From IMG/VR virus record IMGVR_UViG_3300028608_000008, positions 1-64,000 of that record: 64,000 bases of DNA, one strand, 5' to 3'. Within the stretch, counting starts at the first letter, position 1. Each line of letters opens with the position of its first letter. Made by a program: the position numbers and the translations under genes. Positions 37,964 through 46,821 of the stretch are shown in pieces. This DNA comes from a virus. The notes under the pieces were generated by a model. The model did not search any database and was not told the origin of the DNA. It saw only the letters and a program-made list of their open reading frames with translations.

Positions 37964-39192
37964 ACATCGCCATCGCGGCAGCGCCCGCAGAATTCTCGGA
38001 ATTCACATGGTACAAAAACGCTGGGCCTGAATTCGTCTTCAAGCCCGGTAACAGCCAACACGCATTGAACGTGCAGAAAGGCGATCTGATCGGTTTGAAG
38101 AAAACCGCACGCGGCCCAACCGCAGGTCAGTATCAGGTCGTACTGGAAAAATACCCGCACATCATTTTCCGTTCGGTGAGAAAGGAAGCGGTTGAAGAAC
38201 ACCTTTCGAAATTCAAACCGTATGACGGCATTCCGGCCAAGCCTGAAAAGACTGGTCAACGCCATGCTCGGGTGAAAGTCAAAGGTGCAGACGCGCACGA
38301 CAAGCAAACCGCGCTGAAATACAAACCGGAAAAACTGCCAAAAGAAGAAGGCCAGTACGACAAAGCCAACTACCAATGGCGGGAAGTGGTTCACGGTCCA
38401 ATTCCGATTGCGACAATGCACCACAAGAAAACCCGGACGGCGCTCAAGAAAGGCGATATCATCGGTGTGCGTTTCTGGACTCCGGCGCGTGGTGGATTTA
38501 TCATCATGCCAAGCGGGGAACGCGTAAACATCAGCGAAACAACTTACGAATCTGTCACCAGCGGCGCAACCATTCTTCCGAGTGCGCGCCAGCAAGTGGG
38601 GATCGTGGTGCTGACCGACATTGCGCATCAACTGCCGAAGCGTTCGCGAATCACCAAAGTCAAACCTGAGAAGCCGTTGGAATTTGAGGATGACGACGAA
38701 TTCGAAGACGACGAGGAACACGAAACCGCGAAGCAAGTGAAGCGCGGCAAAAACTTCCTCCAGCAACACAAAGATATCGTTTCTGACTTCGAGTACGAAG
38801 ACGATGACGATGAAGACGACTTCGAAGATGACGATGATGATTTCGACGAATTCGAAGAAGACGATGATTCGGAAGAAGAAACCGAAGAATCGGAAGACGA
38901 CGATTCGGAAGATTCTGTAAATACCGAAGATGACGATACGCAATTCGTCGAAGAAGGCATGATTATTCAGTTGGCCAACGGCAAGAAACTCACCGTTGCG
39001 GCGATTGAAGAATTAGAAGTCTCCGATCTTCTGTATCTGTATGACACCGATACTGGCAACTTCCGTAAACAACCGATCCCTTCCGGGCTGGACGTGCGTA
39101 AACTTCCGGGCGGCGCCAAACTGGTTGGCCGTGCGAAAGAAGACGAACTGCAAAACATCCGGCGTCGTGTTGCTCGACTACTCCACAGGTAA
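37960..39192 (+). CDS. Putative head protein with duplicated beta-rich domain and Asp/Glu tract
   Basis: Repeats WYK...QKGDLIGL and WRE...KKGDIIGV; acidic run 38785-38937; starts MNIAIAAA. Confidence 0.7.
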   Translation: MNIAIAAAPAEFSEFTWYKNAGPEFVFKPGNSQHALNVQKGDLIGLKKTARGPTAGQYQVVLEKYPHIIFRSVRKEAVEEHLSKFKPYDGIPAKPEKTGQRHARVKVKGADAHDKQTALKYKPEKLPKEEGQYDKANYQWREVVHGPIPIATMHHKKTRTALKKGDIIGVRFWTPARGGFIIMPSGERVNISETTYESVTSGATILPSARQQVGIVVLTDIAHQLPKRSRITKVKPEKPLEFEDDDEFEDDEEHETAKQVKRGKNFLQQHKDIVSDFEYEDDDDEDDFEDDDDDFDEFEEDDDSEEETEESEDDDSEDSVNTEDDDTQFVEEGMIIQLANGKKLTVAAIEELEVSDLLYLYDTDTGNFRKQPIPSGLDVRKLPGGAKLVGRAKEDELQNIRRRVARLLHR

Positions 39193-39195
39193 CTC

Positions 39196-41160
39196 ATGAA
39201 CATTGATAAGCAGATTTTGCGGACCATTGAGCGCGATCCACTTGCCTACGCAAAGGGCTTGAAAAAGACCGCGCTCAAAAACTTCCTCAATGCGTTGGAC
39301 GATGCTTATCATGACGACGGTGAATCGCCGGTTTCCGATGAAGCCTACGATATCATGGCCGAAAACTACACCGCTCGATTCGGTATGACTGGATCGGGCG
39401 CTGAACCAAAAATTGGTGCGCCGGTAAAAGGTGGCGGGAAAGTTGTGTTGCCTGTTCCGATGGGCAGTCTCAACAAACTGAAACCCGGCGTAACCCAATT
39501 GCCGATTTTCCTTTCGGCGGGTGGGCCTTACGTTGTCAGTGATAAAGAAGACGGTATCAGCCTCGAAATCGTTTATGATTCCGGCATTCCGCAGCGTGCG
39601 TTTACTCGCGGTGATGGCAAGATTGGTAAAGACGTTTCCGGCGTGCTGCCTGCATTGCGTATTCCGCAGCGCATTTCGGAAAAAGGCGAATTCATCATTC
39701 GTGGTGAATTCACTGCTGACAAGGCGGTGTTCCAAAAACACTACGCCGAAGAATTTGCTACCAGCCGAAACCACGGCGGTGGCCTGCTGAATCGCAACCA
39801 GCCGAGCGAACACGTCACGCGTTACAAGTTTGTTGTGTACGAAGTGATGAAAGGCAAAAACGCTGGCGTGAAGAAAAGCGCGCAGCTTACTTTCCTGAAA
39901 ACACTGGGCTTCACGGTCGTGCCGTGGAAATCGTATCCGACGCTCTCCGAAGAAAAACTGGTGCAGTTGCACAACCTACGCAAAGGCGGAAAAGCAAAAC
40001 GCGATATCGACGGCATTGTTGTCGAGCGTGATATTCCGTACAAGGTCGTACAGTCCGGAAACCCGACGCACGCTTACGCTTTCAAAATCAACAGCCTCGA
40101 ATCGTCGCTGTTGGTGAAAGTGAAAGATGTTGTTTGGGAAGAAAGCCGCCTCGGCCGTTTGATTCCGCGTGTGCAGATTGAACCAACCTTGATCGGCGGC
40201 GTGATGGTCGAGTGGTTTACCGGCCACAACAACTTCTTTATCGAACACGGTTACAAAAACGAATTCAAAGGCAAGAAAAAGCCGCCGTATGAACCGCGCC
40301 CGATCAACAAAGGCGCGATGATTCGGGTGATTCGTTCGGGCGACGTGATTCCCTATATCATGGCCGTGGAGAAAGCTGCAAAAACTCCGTCGAAGCCAAG
40401 CGTTCCGTACCGTGTAGATGGTGTGCATTTAATGCACGTTACTGTCGGCATCAAAACGAATCTGCGCGTTGTAAAAGAACTCACTCACTTCTTTACCGTT
40501 ATCGAAGTGGATGGTTTGAAACAAGGCACGGTACAGAAACTGGTAGACGCCGGAATCGACACCGTGAAGAAAATCCTGAATGTCAAAGTTGCACGTCTGC
40601 TAGAACTCGAAGGGTTCCAGCGCACCAGCGCCACCGCACTTGTGGCGAATCTGGCAAAAGCGAAAGCAAACATGACGTTTGGCAATGTCGCAAAAGGCTC
40701 CGGCGCATTCGGTGACAAGATTGGCGCTACGCGTCTGGCGGCAGTTGAAGAATCCATTCCAGATATTCTCGACCGGGTTAATTTACCGGAAAGGGAATTG
40801 GAAATAATGATTCGCGGCATCAGGGGCTTCAAAGAACTGGCCGCACAGATTGCGCAGAACCTACCGAATTTCGTCAAGTTCCTCAAGCGCAACGGAATCG
40901 AACTGGTTGAAACTAAGAAGGAAGCGGTAGTCGGCGCGGCCATGAAAGGCCAAGCGGTATTGTTTACTTCTGTTCGTGATGCAGCGTTGCAAAAGTGGAT
41001 TGTTCAGCAAGGGGGCAAGATCGCTTCCACTGTGAATCAGGCAACGATGCTTATCATTAAAGAAGAAGGCGTCAGCAATAACAAAACCGTAATTGCTGAT
41101 ACTAAAAAGATCCCAATCTTAACGCTTGAGAAGTTCAAGCGAAAATACAAGGTGCAGTAA
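39196..41160 (+). CDS. ligA: NAD-dependent DNA ligase with C-terminal BRCT
   Basis: Domain Ia DAYH...SDEAYD, motif I KEDG, FTRGDG, RGE, IDGIV, AFK, IRSGDVIP, HhH repeats, BRCT-like end; Cys4 zinc finger absent. Confidence 0.92.
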   Translation: MNIDKQILRTIERDPLAYAKGLKKTALKNFLNALDDAYHDDGESPVSDEAYDIMAENYTARFGMTGSGAEPKIGAPVKGGGKVVLPVPMGSLNKLKPGVTQLPIFLSAGGPYVVSDKEDGISLEIVYDSGIPQRAFTRGDGKIGKDVSGVLPALRIPQRISEKGEFIIRGEFTADKAVFQKHYAEEFATSRNHGGGLLNRNQPSEHVTRYKFVVYEVMKGKNAGVKKSAQLTFLKTLGFTVVPWKSYPTLSEEKLVQLHNLRKGGKAKRDIDGIVVERDIPYKVVQSGNPTHAYAFKINSLESSLLVKVKDVVWEESRLGRLIPRVQIEPTLIGGVMVEWFTGHNNFFIEHGYKNEFKGKKKPPYEPRPINKGAMIRVIRSGDVIPYIMAVEKAAKTPSKPSVPYRVDGVHLMHVTVGIKTNLRVVKELTHFFTVIEVDGLKQGTVQKLVDAGIDTVKKILNVKVARLLELEGFQRTSATALVANLAKAKANMTFGNVAKGSGAFGDKIGATRLAAVEESIPDILDRVNLPERELEIMIRGIRGFKELAAQIAQNLPNFVKFLKRNGIELVETKKEAVVGAAMKGQAVLFTSVRDAALQKWIVQQGGKIASTVNQATMLIIKEEGVSNNKTVIADTKKIPILTLEKFKRKYKVQ

Positions 41161-41538
41161 ATGTCCGATCAACAAATCGTCCAAGAAACTCCTGCTGTAG
41201 ATGCCGACACCAACACCGGCAGCGATCAGCAAGTTCTTTCTTTCGAAGACCGCCTGAATGCGGCTCCTGTTTTCGCCGCTGGCAAACTGCGCCTCTCGCT
41301 CACCGAGGGCAACGCACGAATTGGCGTGACGATTTTCGGCAAGCGCGGTTCCGTCGGGATCAGCTTGAAGGAAGTTGAAAAAGCAAAACGCTACGCCGTG
41401 CAAGTCAGTCCGCACCACGCATACGGAAACAGCTTCCCGTCGTTCCCGTATTTCGTCAATCGCTCCGAACTGGACGCGATGAACCTTATCACCCGCGTGG
41501 CGATTGCGATTTACGAGGCCGATCAATGTCCGAAGTAA
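41161..41538 (+). CDS. Hypothetical protein
   Basis: 125 aa abutting ligase stop. Confidence 0.7.
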   Translation: MSDQQIVQETPAVDADTNTGSDQQVLSFEDRLNAAPVFAAGKLRLSLTEGNARIGVTIFGKRGSVGISLKEVEKAKRYAVQVSPHHAYGNSFPSFPYFVNRSELDAMNLITRVAIAIYEADQCPK

Positions 41539-41846
41539 ATCGACTTCTGCAAAGTATTGAACGGGTGCGCTCTGGCGCGCTCAACATCACCGTAGCAGAA
41601 CACGAAGCAAAAGACGGACGCGCAGAACGTTTGTCCGTTGTGCTGTTTGACCATTACGTTGTCGTCGTGACGATCAGCGCCGTTGGCAAACACTGGCAAA
41701 TCACCGAAGTAAAAGCAGACACACACTTCGACCGGATCGAGTGGCCTACTGATATGCAGGTCGCGAAAACTCCCGAAGGTGCTTTTACCATCATCGAAGC
41801 CGTTATTGATTGCGCGGCAAAGGCACATCCGCCTGTAGCTGCGTAA
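41526..41846 (+). CDS. Hypothetical protein
   Basis: 106 aa with GAGG RBS. Confidence 0.65.
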   Translation: MSEVNRLLQSIERVRSGALNITVAEHEAKDGRAERLSVVLFDHYVVVVTISAVGKHWQITEVKADTHFDRIEWPTDMQVAKTPEGAFTIIEAVIDCAAKAHPPVAA

Positions 41847-41858
41847 CTGGAGAACGAA

Positions 41859-43085
41859 ATGAAAGTAGCTGTTTACGCCATTGCAAAGAACGAAGAACAC
41901 AACGTCAAACGCTGGCTCGCCAGTGTGAAAGATGCTGACGGAATCTTTGTCCTCGACACTGGCAGTTCTGACAGAACGGTTGAACTTCTGCGCGAAGGTG
42001 GGGCACACGTTTCCATCTGGCCGGTACACAAAGAATTCCGTTTTGACTCTGCCCGTAACGCGGCCATGGATTTGATCCCCGAGGATTACGATCTTTGCGT
42101 TTCGCTTGATTTCGATGAAGTCATTCTGGCCGGTTGGCGTGAACAGCTAAATTCATTTACTGGTGATGGCGCAAACTACACGCTGATTTACTCATTCGAT
42201 AACAGCGGTATCGTCACCTGTTCCTACCCTCGTTTTGCAATTCACAAACGCCGCCCGTTCTATTGGACGTACCCGGCGCACGAAGTATTGGTGCCTGCGC
42301 GTGAAGGTTTTGACATTGACCACAATCTGCAAATCGCGGTTGTGCATCTGCCGTCGCAGCCGAAACCGCCCGGCCACTATCTGAATCTGTTGCGTATCGG
42401 GTACAACGAAAACCCGAACGATCCGCGTACTCTGCAATACTTTGCACGCGAACTCATGTACTGTGGGCAGAACGCTTTTGCTCAAGACATTTTCCTCAAG
42501 CACGTTGAAGTCGAGCAACATCCGCAGTTCCGTTCCGAAAGTTTCCGTTTCATCGCTGGCATCGCTAGCAAAACGAACGAACTTGAAAAATGCGAACGCA
42601 TGTTGTTCCGCGCCATTTACGAATTCCCCGACGCACGCGAACCCTATTGCGAACTGGCCTTCCTGTATTTCGAAACGGGCGAGTACGAACAGTGCATCGG
42701 GATGCTTCGCGGCGCATTGCGCATTACCTCAAAACCAGAAGTGCCGATGATTTTCAAAAACGAGTATTACGGTTACTGGCCGTACCACTTGCTCGCGGTC
42801 GCCTACATGCGCATGGGCCTAAACAAGACCGGCGAAGAAAATCTGCAACTTGCTGTACAGCAATGCAACGGCGAATTGCCGGACGCACTTCTCCAAGACG
42901 TATTAAAGGTGGGCTTGCATGTTCGTCGCACTAGCGCTGGCTCCGGCCAAGAACAAGAAGTTGAGCAAAAAGGAATTTCTGGCTCTGTCGAAGAAGGGGC
43001 AACACTCCTATCTGGAACAGTTCCCGAAATCGAGTCACCGGTTCCTGCTGGAGAAAGCGGGGAGCAACCTGAAAAAGAAGGATGA
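41859..43085 (+). CDS. GT2-family glycosyltransferase with C-terminal TPR repeats
   Basis: IAKNEEHNV...VLDTGSSDRT, FDSARNAAM, DxD (LDFDE, 42108), HE, then TPR-like helices (DPRTLQYFARE, REPYCELAFLY). Confidence 0.88.
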   Translation: MKVAVYAIAKNEEHNVKRWLASVKDADGIFVLDTGSSDRTVELLREGGAHVSIWPVHKEFRFDSARNAAMDLIPEDYDLCVSLDFDEVILAGWREQLNSFTGDGANYTLIYSFDNSGIVTCSYPRFAIHKRRPFYWTYPAHEVLVPAREGFDIDHNLQIAVVHLPSQPKPPGHYLNLLRIGYNENPNDPRTLQYFARELMYCGQNAFAQDIFLKHVEVEQHPQFRSESFRFIAGIASKTNELEKCERMLFRAIYEFPDAREPYCELAFLYFETGEYEQCIGMLRGALRITSKPEVPMIFKNEYYGYWPYHLLAVAYMRMGLNKTGEENLQLAVQQCNGELPDALLQDVLKVGLHVRRTSAGSGQEQEVEQKGISGSVEEGATLLSGTVPEIESPVPAGESGEQPEKEG

Positions 43086-44535
43086 CAAACCTTCTGCCAA
43101 AAAGTCGGAAAGCAAACCAAAGGAAGAACCGAAAGGTGCAGACAAACACCTGACGGTTGAACCGCGCAAGAAGTATTCCGACAAACCGGATTCCGAAAAG
43201 GAAGCCAAGGCCGATCAACTTCCTGCGGTGATTCAACGGAAAGAAGATCGGGAACAAAAGAAAAAGGGTGAGAATTATCCCACCCTGATCCGTCACAACA
43301 TCGGCGGCAAATCGGTTTCCGTTTTCAATCCAAACACGCCTTCGGAAAAGGAAGTGCGTGCCATTCGTGTGCAGGAACACGAACAGGTCAAAAACGAAAT
43401 CGCGGAGCTAAACAAAGATGGGTCTGCGGTAATCAATCCGCACTCCATCAAAGCTTTGCAGAAAATCAAACCGCACCAATTGGCAGTAGCCAGCCGCGAT
43501 ATCGACAACAACCGTGAGCAAATCATCAACGGTATTGCCGAACGTGTGCAGGAACATCCAAAGCTTTTCAATCGTGGTTTGACTGCGATGGACAAAGTTT
43601 TCCAAGGTGCGCGAAAGCTGAAACCGAAAGACGCTCAAGCCGGGAAACGTGTTCTCACGCAGATTGCGATGACAGCACTTCTCGGCACTTCTGTTTTGGC
43701 ACTGACCATGGGCGCTGCACCGCTTGCTGTTGTTAGTGCGCGTATTCTTTGGGACGTGTGGATGCACGACAAAGAGAAACGCAAAAAAGAAGACGCGCAG
43801 AAAGAGCGTGAAGAAAAAGACGTGACGCCCGGCGCCAATCCAAAGGTTGGTAAAAAGGCGTTGATCGGAAACGACCAGCTTGGCAACAAGCAGCACCAAG
43901 AATCAATGCGCAAGCAAGGGTTTGAATGGAACGACGAACAAGGTTGGATTCAGCCTGACGCCGAACCAAAACAAATCAGCGCAGAAGAATTCGCGGAGGA
44001 AGGTCGCAAGAAAGCGAAAGGCAGCGGCACTGGTGGCAAAGAAGCCAAACCGCGTAAACCGAAGAAACAAAAGCACTGGACCGAGGAAGAATCGGAAGAC
44101 GCCGAATTCACCACGGCTTCCAGCAATGAACCTTTCGAACTTTCCGATCAGCACCACGCTACAATCAACACGGTGATCGACCAACTGACCGACGTTTTGA
44201 AATATCAAGACGTTGACGAAGTTAAAGACCTCGGCAAGCAGTTGTTTGCTGGCGCCAATTCGCAATCGGACAGCCTGTACGAAGACGTTTACAACGCGGT
44301 CGTCAAACTTGCAGATACCCGTTTGCAAGGCGTGCCGGGTCGAATGTTGAAAGGCGTGTTCCGCGTCAACATTGACGAACTCGCAGAAATCACCGAACGT
44401 CTGTGCAACGTCGAGCCAGAAGTGGAAATCGACGAAGGGCAAAAGGTATTCCACTTCGAAACACCGCGTGGCCTTGTCACGTTGGGCGTGGTGGAAGATT
44501 CCGACAATATCCAATTCGTTATTACAGAGGTGTGA
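42919..44535 (+). CDS. Putative virion protein
   Basis: 538 aa, ATG behind AAAGGTG, overlaps GT gene by 167 nt; begins MFVALALAPA; hydrophobic segment IAMTALLGTSVLALTMGAAPLAVV. Confidence 0.7.
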   Translation: MFVALALAPAKNKKLSKKEFLALSKKGQHSYLEQFPKSSHRFLLEKAGSNLKKKDDKPSAKKSESKPKEEPKGADKHLTVEPRKKYSDKPDSEKEAKADQLPAVIQRKEDREQKKKGENYPTLIRHNIGGKSVSVFNPNTPSEKEVRAIRVQEHEQVKNEIAELNKDGSAVINPHSIKALQKIKPHQLAVASRDIDNNREQIINGIAERVQEHPKLFNRGLTAMDKVFQGARKLKPKDAQAGKRVLTQIAMTALLGTSVLALTMGAAPLAVVSARILWDVWMHDKEKRKKEDAQKEREEKDVTPGANPKVGKKALIGNDQLGNKQHQESMRKQGFEWNDEQGWIQPDAEPKQISAEEFAEEGRKKAKGSGTGGKEAKPRKPKKQKHWTEEESEDAEFTTASSNEPFELSDQHHATINTVIDQLTDVLKYQDVDEVKDLGKQLFAGANSQSDSLYEDVYNAVVKLADTRLQGVPGRMLKGVFRVNIDELAEITERLCNVEPEVEIDEGQKVFHFETPRGLVTLGVVEDSDNIQFVITEV

Positions 44536-44538
44536 GAA

Positions 44539-44892
44539 ATGGCTTTGACGTTCCGCTGTGATCCGGATGAACGCCATCTGCCAATGGCTCAGCGTTCCGT
44601 ACTGTGGGTTCTCGACGGTGACAAAAAGATTGGAATGATTGCTGCTGAAAGCGGATCGAAAATGGATTCGGAAGTAAGCAGTGATCGCAATCAAGGGTTG
44701 GCAATCTGGAAAGCGCGTTTGCTGCATTCCCATTTCAGCCCATTCGATCATCACGACGAACCGCACGAATCGGAACCGCACGTCGAAATGGACGAATCCG
44801 GTTTCTCCATGTTGGTGAACCCGAAAAAGATGGATATGTCTACTGCGCGGCAGTGGGTTCGCAAAAACTATGACGCAGGTTTTCCGAAATGA
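44539..44892 (+). CDS. Hypothetical protein
   Basis: 117 aa with GAGGTG RBS. Confidence 0.65.
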   Translation: MALTFRCDPDERHLPMAQRSVLWVLDGDKKIGMIAAESGSKMDSEVSSDRNQGLAIWKARLLHSHFSPFDHHDEPHESEPHVEMDESGFSMLVNPKKMDMSTARQWVRKNYDAGFPK

Positions 44893-45737
44893 AAAGAGAG
44901 CTATCCCTTTCGTTCTCGCTGGGCACGCCGGTTGGCGCCCAGTTGGCGGACGGTGCATTGATCGGTGAGCAAGTTACCGAAATGCACAAAGTCGAAGTAA
45001 ACAAAAACGGCACCGTTCACGTTACCGCGCAACAGGTTGGTGATTCGGGCGGTGCTGGTCGCATTCTCGACGCCAATATCTGGCTGGGCCAAGCGGCAAA
45101 AGAATACGGTTTGAGTTCCGACATTCGCGACTACATTCTGGTGCCAGTGCCGTCGATGATTTCCGGCATTCCAAACACCAACGGCGATTCTGTAAACCTG
45201 AAAGACTTGACCAAGTTCAACACCGAGCAAGGTCAACTCGCGTACAAGACGTGGGTGGGAAAACCCATGTACGTCGAACACCGTCACAAACCGGAATGGA
45301 TTCGCGGTATCATTCTTGATACTTTCCTGCGCCCAATTCCCGGTTTGCCCAACCACGTCAAACTGGTGAAACTCGCGGCACTCGACCGCACTCGCGATGC
45401 ACCGTTGATTCAACGCGTGATCGACAAAGAACTGAACACTTATTCGATGGGTATGTATTTCAGTTCCTACACCTGTTCTGTTTGCGGAAACAAAGCGGGT
45501 CGCGGCATTGGCAAACCGTGTTCGCATACTCGCCCACAACAGCCGACGTACCAACTGCAAAATGGCCGTTTGGTTTATCGCATTTGCCACGATATCACCG
45601 GGTTCGAATTGAGCCTGCTGACCAACAAAGGCAAACGCAGCGGCGCCGATGGTTACACCGAAGGTTATGGCGATCCGTCATATGTTTCTGCAATCGGCGA
45701 TCATCTGATGGACCCGCGCAGCCTCCTTTTGAAATAA
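44889..45737 (+). CDS. Prohead maturation protease (assemblin/HK97-gp4-like fold) with zinc motif
   Basis: GKPMYVEH (His 45279), GIILD, TYSMG (Ser 45444), CSVC...CSH, GFELSLL. Confidence 0.7.
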   Translation: MKRELSLSFSLGTPVGAQLADGALIGEQVTEMHKVEVNKNGTVHVTAQQVGDSGGAGRILDANIWLGQAAKEYGLSSDIRDYILVPVPSMISGIPNTNGDSVNLKDLTKFNTEQGQLAYKTWVGKPMYVEHRHKPEWIRGIILDTFLRPIPGLPNHVKLVKLAALDRTRDAPLIQRVIDKELNTYSMGMYFSSYTCSVCGNKAGRGIGKPCSHTRPQQPTYQLQNGRLVYRICHDITGFELSLLTNKGKRSGADGYTEGYGDPSYVSAIGDHLMDPRSLLLK

Positions 45738-45747
45738 GGAAACCGAA

Positions 45748-46218
45748 ATGCCGAAACTCACGCTTGAAGAAGTCCTCAAACTGCCCGATCCGTTGCTGAA
45801 CGACAACTTCGATCTGCATGCCGTCGGCGGTTCCAAAAAGTTTCCGCTGCCAAGCGCGTTTATCGAGTGTACCAACACTTTCGAACTCGTGCGTACTGCG
45901 TTGGTTCGTGTCGATCAAGTGCAAATGCCGAAAGGTAAAAAGGGCCGGGTCACACTGGGCTTTTTCGACCAGACCGGCTCGCAGGAATTCCTTGATGCGT
46001 TTGCTGCGCTCAATGACAATTTCGGCACGCTGACCATTCAGCATTACGACTTCGACGGCGAGCCTACCCGCCACGTTATTTTCTCCGAAGTCGAATTCCA
46101 GAAAACCGTGATTGCGTATGACGCTGGTGGCGGTACAGTCGTTGAACGTTTCGCAACGTTTGAATTCGATTCCATGCAGGAACTCCATATTCCCAAGCAG
46201 AAGAAACCTACCAAATGA
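45748..46218 (+). CDS. Orphan tail-tube paralog
   Basis: MPKLTLEEVLKLPDPLLNDNFDL vs MSKVTLTEVLGINDPMLNDNFEL of the tube at 56478; QHYDFDG..FEFD aligns with its C-terminus. Confidence 0.7.
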   Translation: MPKLTLEEVLKLPDPLLNDNFDLHAVGGSKKFPLPSAFIECTNTFELVRTALVRVDQVQMPKGKKGRVTLGFFDQTGSQEFLDAFAALNDNFGTLTIQHYDFDGEPTRHVIFSEVEFQKTVIAYDAGGGTVVERFATFEFDSMQELHIPKQKKPTK

Positions 46219-46709
46219 AAGTCGAAGTAGCGCTGGCCTCAAACAAACTCGAATTCCTCAACCGCCGTTACCGGGAACTCAACAAAGAGAAAGAAAAGGT
46301 AATGGCCGAGTACGACGAAAAGATTCACAAGCTGTTTGAAGAAATCACCGCCGAAGAAGCGCTCATGCAAACTCAATCCGAGGACGGTTACAAGTTCTGG
46401 CTTGAGGTAAACGGCAAGAAACTCACTTCCGTTAAAACGTTGAGTGACGCGCGTGGGTTCTATCCGAATCCCGATGCGACTCCGGAAGGTGCCAAAATCT
46501 ATGCGCAGTTCCAACTGCACAAACCGGTTTTGGTAATGGAACGTTCGACGAAAAGCGAATTCGATCATCACCGTCCGGGCAAACTGATCTGGCGCTGGGC
46601 TTCGAAAGAAGTGCTGATGCGTTGGGGCAGCGAAAGCAACATTCACCTGCGCCTCGGTGCTGACGCAGCGAAAAACAAATTCTACGGGAAGGATAATCAA
46701 AATGGCTGA
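46215..46709 (+). CDS. Hypothetical (putative head) protein
   Basis: 164 aa, begins MKVEVALAS, coiled-coil N-terminus. Confidence 0.7.
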   Translation: MKVEVALASNKLEFLNRRYRELNKEKEKVMAEYDEKIHKLFEEITAEEALMQTQSEDGYKFWLEVNGKKLTSVKTLSDARGFYPNPDATPEGAKIYAQFQLHKPVLVMERSTKSEFDHHRPGKLIWRWASKEVLMRWGSESNIHLRLGADAAKNKFYGKDNQNG

Positions 46710-46809
46710 CGCAATCAAACGCAATCAAATGGCAATTCGGCTATGGGCACAGCGCAACATCGGTGTTCTGGAAGTAGGTTTCGGCGAAAGCATCGGCTGC
46801 GAAGAATAA
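46702..46809 (+). CDS. Small ORF, 35 aa
   Basis: Not in track; AAGGA RBS, MADAIKRNQMAIRLWAQRNIGVLEVGFGESIGCEE, fills the gap between neighbours. Confidence 0.4.
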   Translation: MADAIKRNQMAIRLWAQRNIGVLEVGFGESIGCEE

Positions 46810-46821
46810 CGGGAGCACTGC

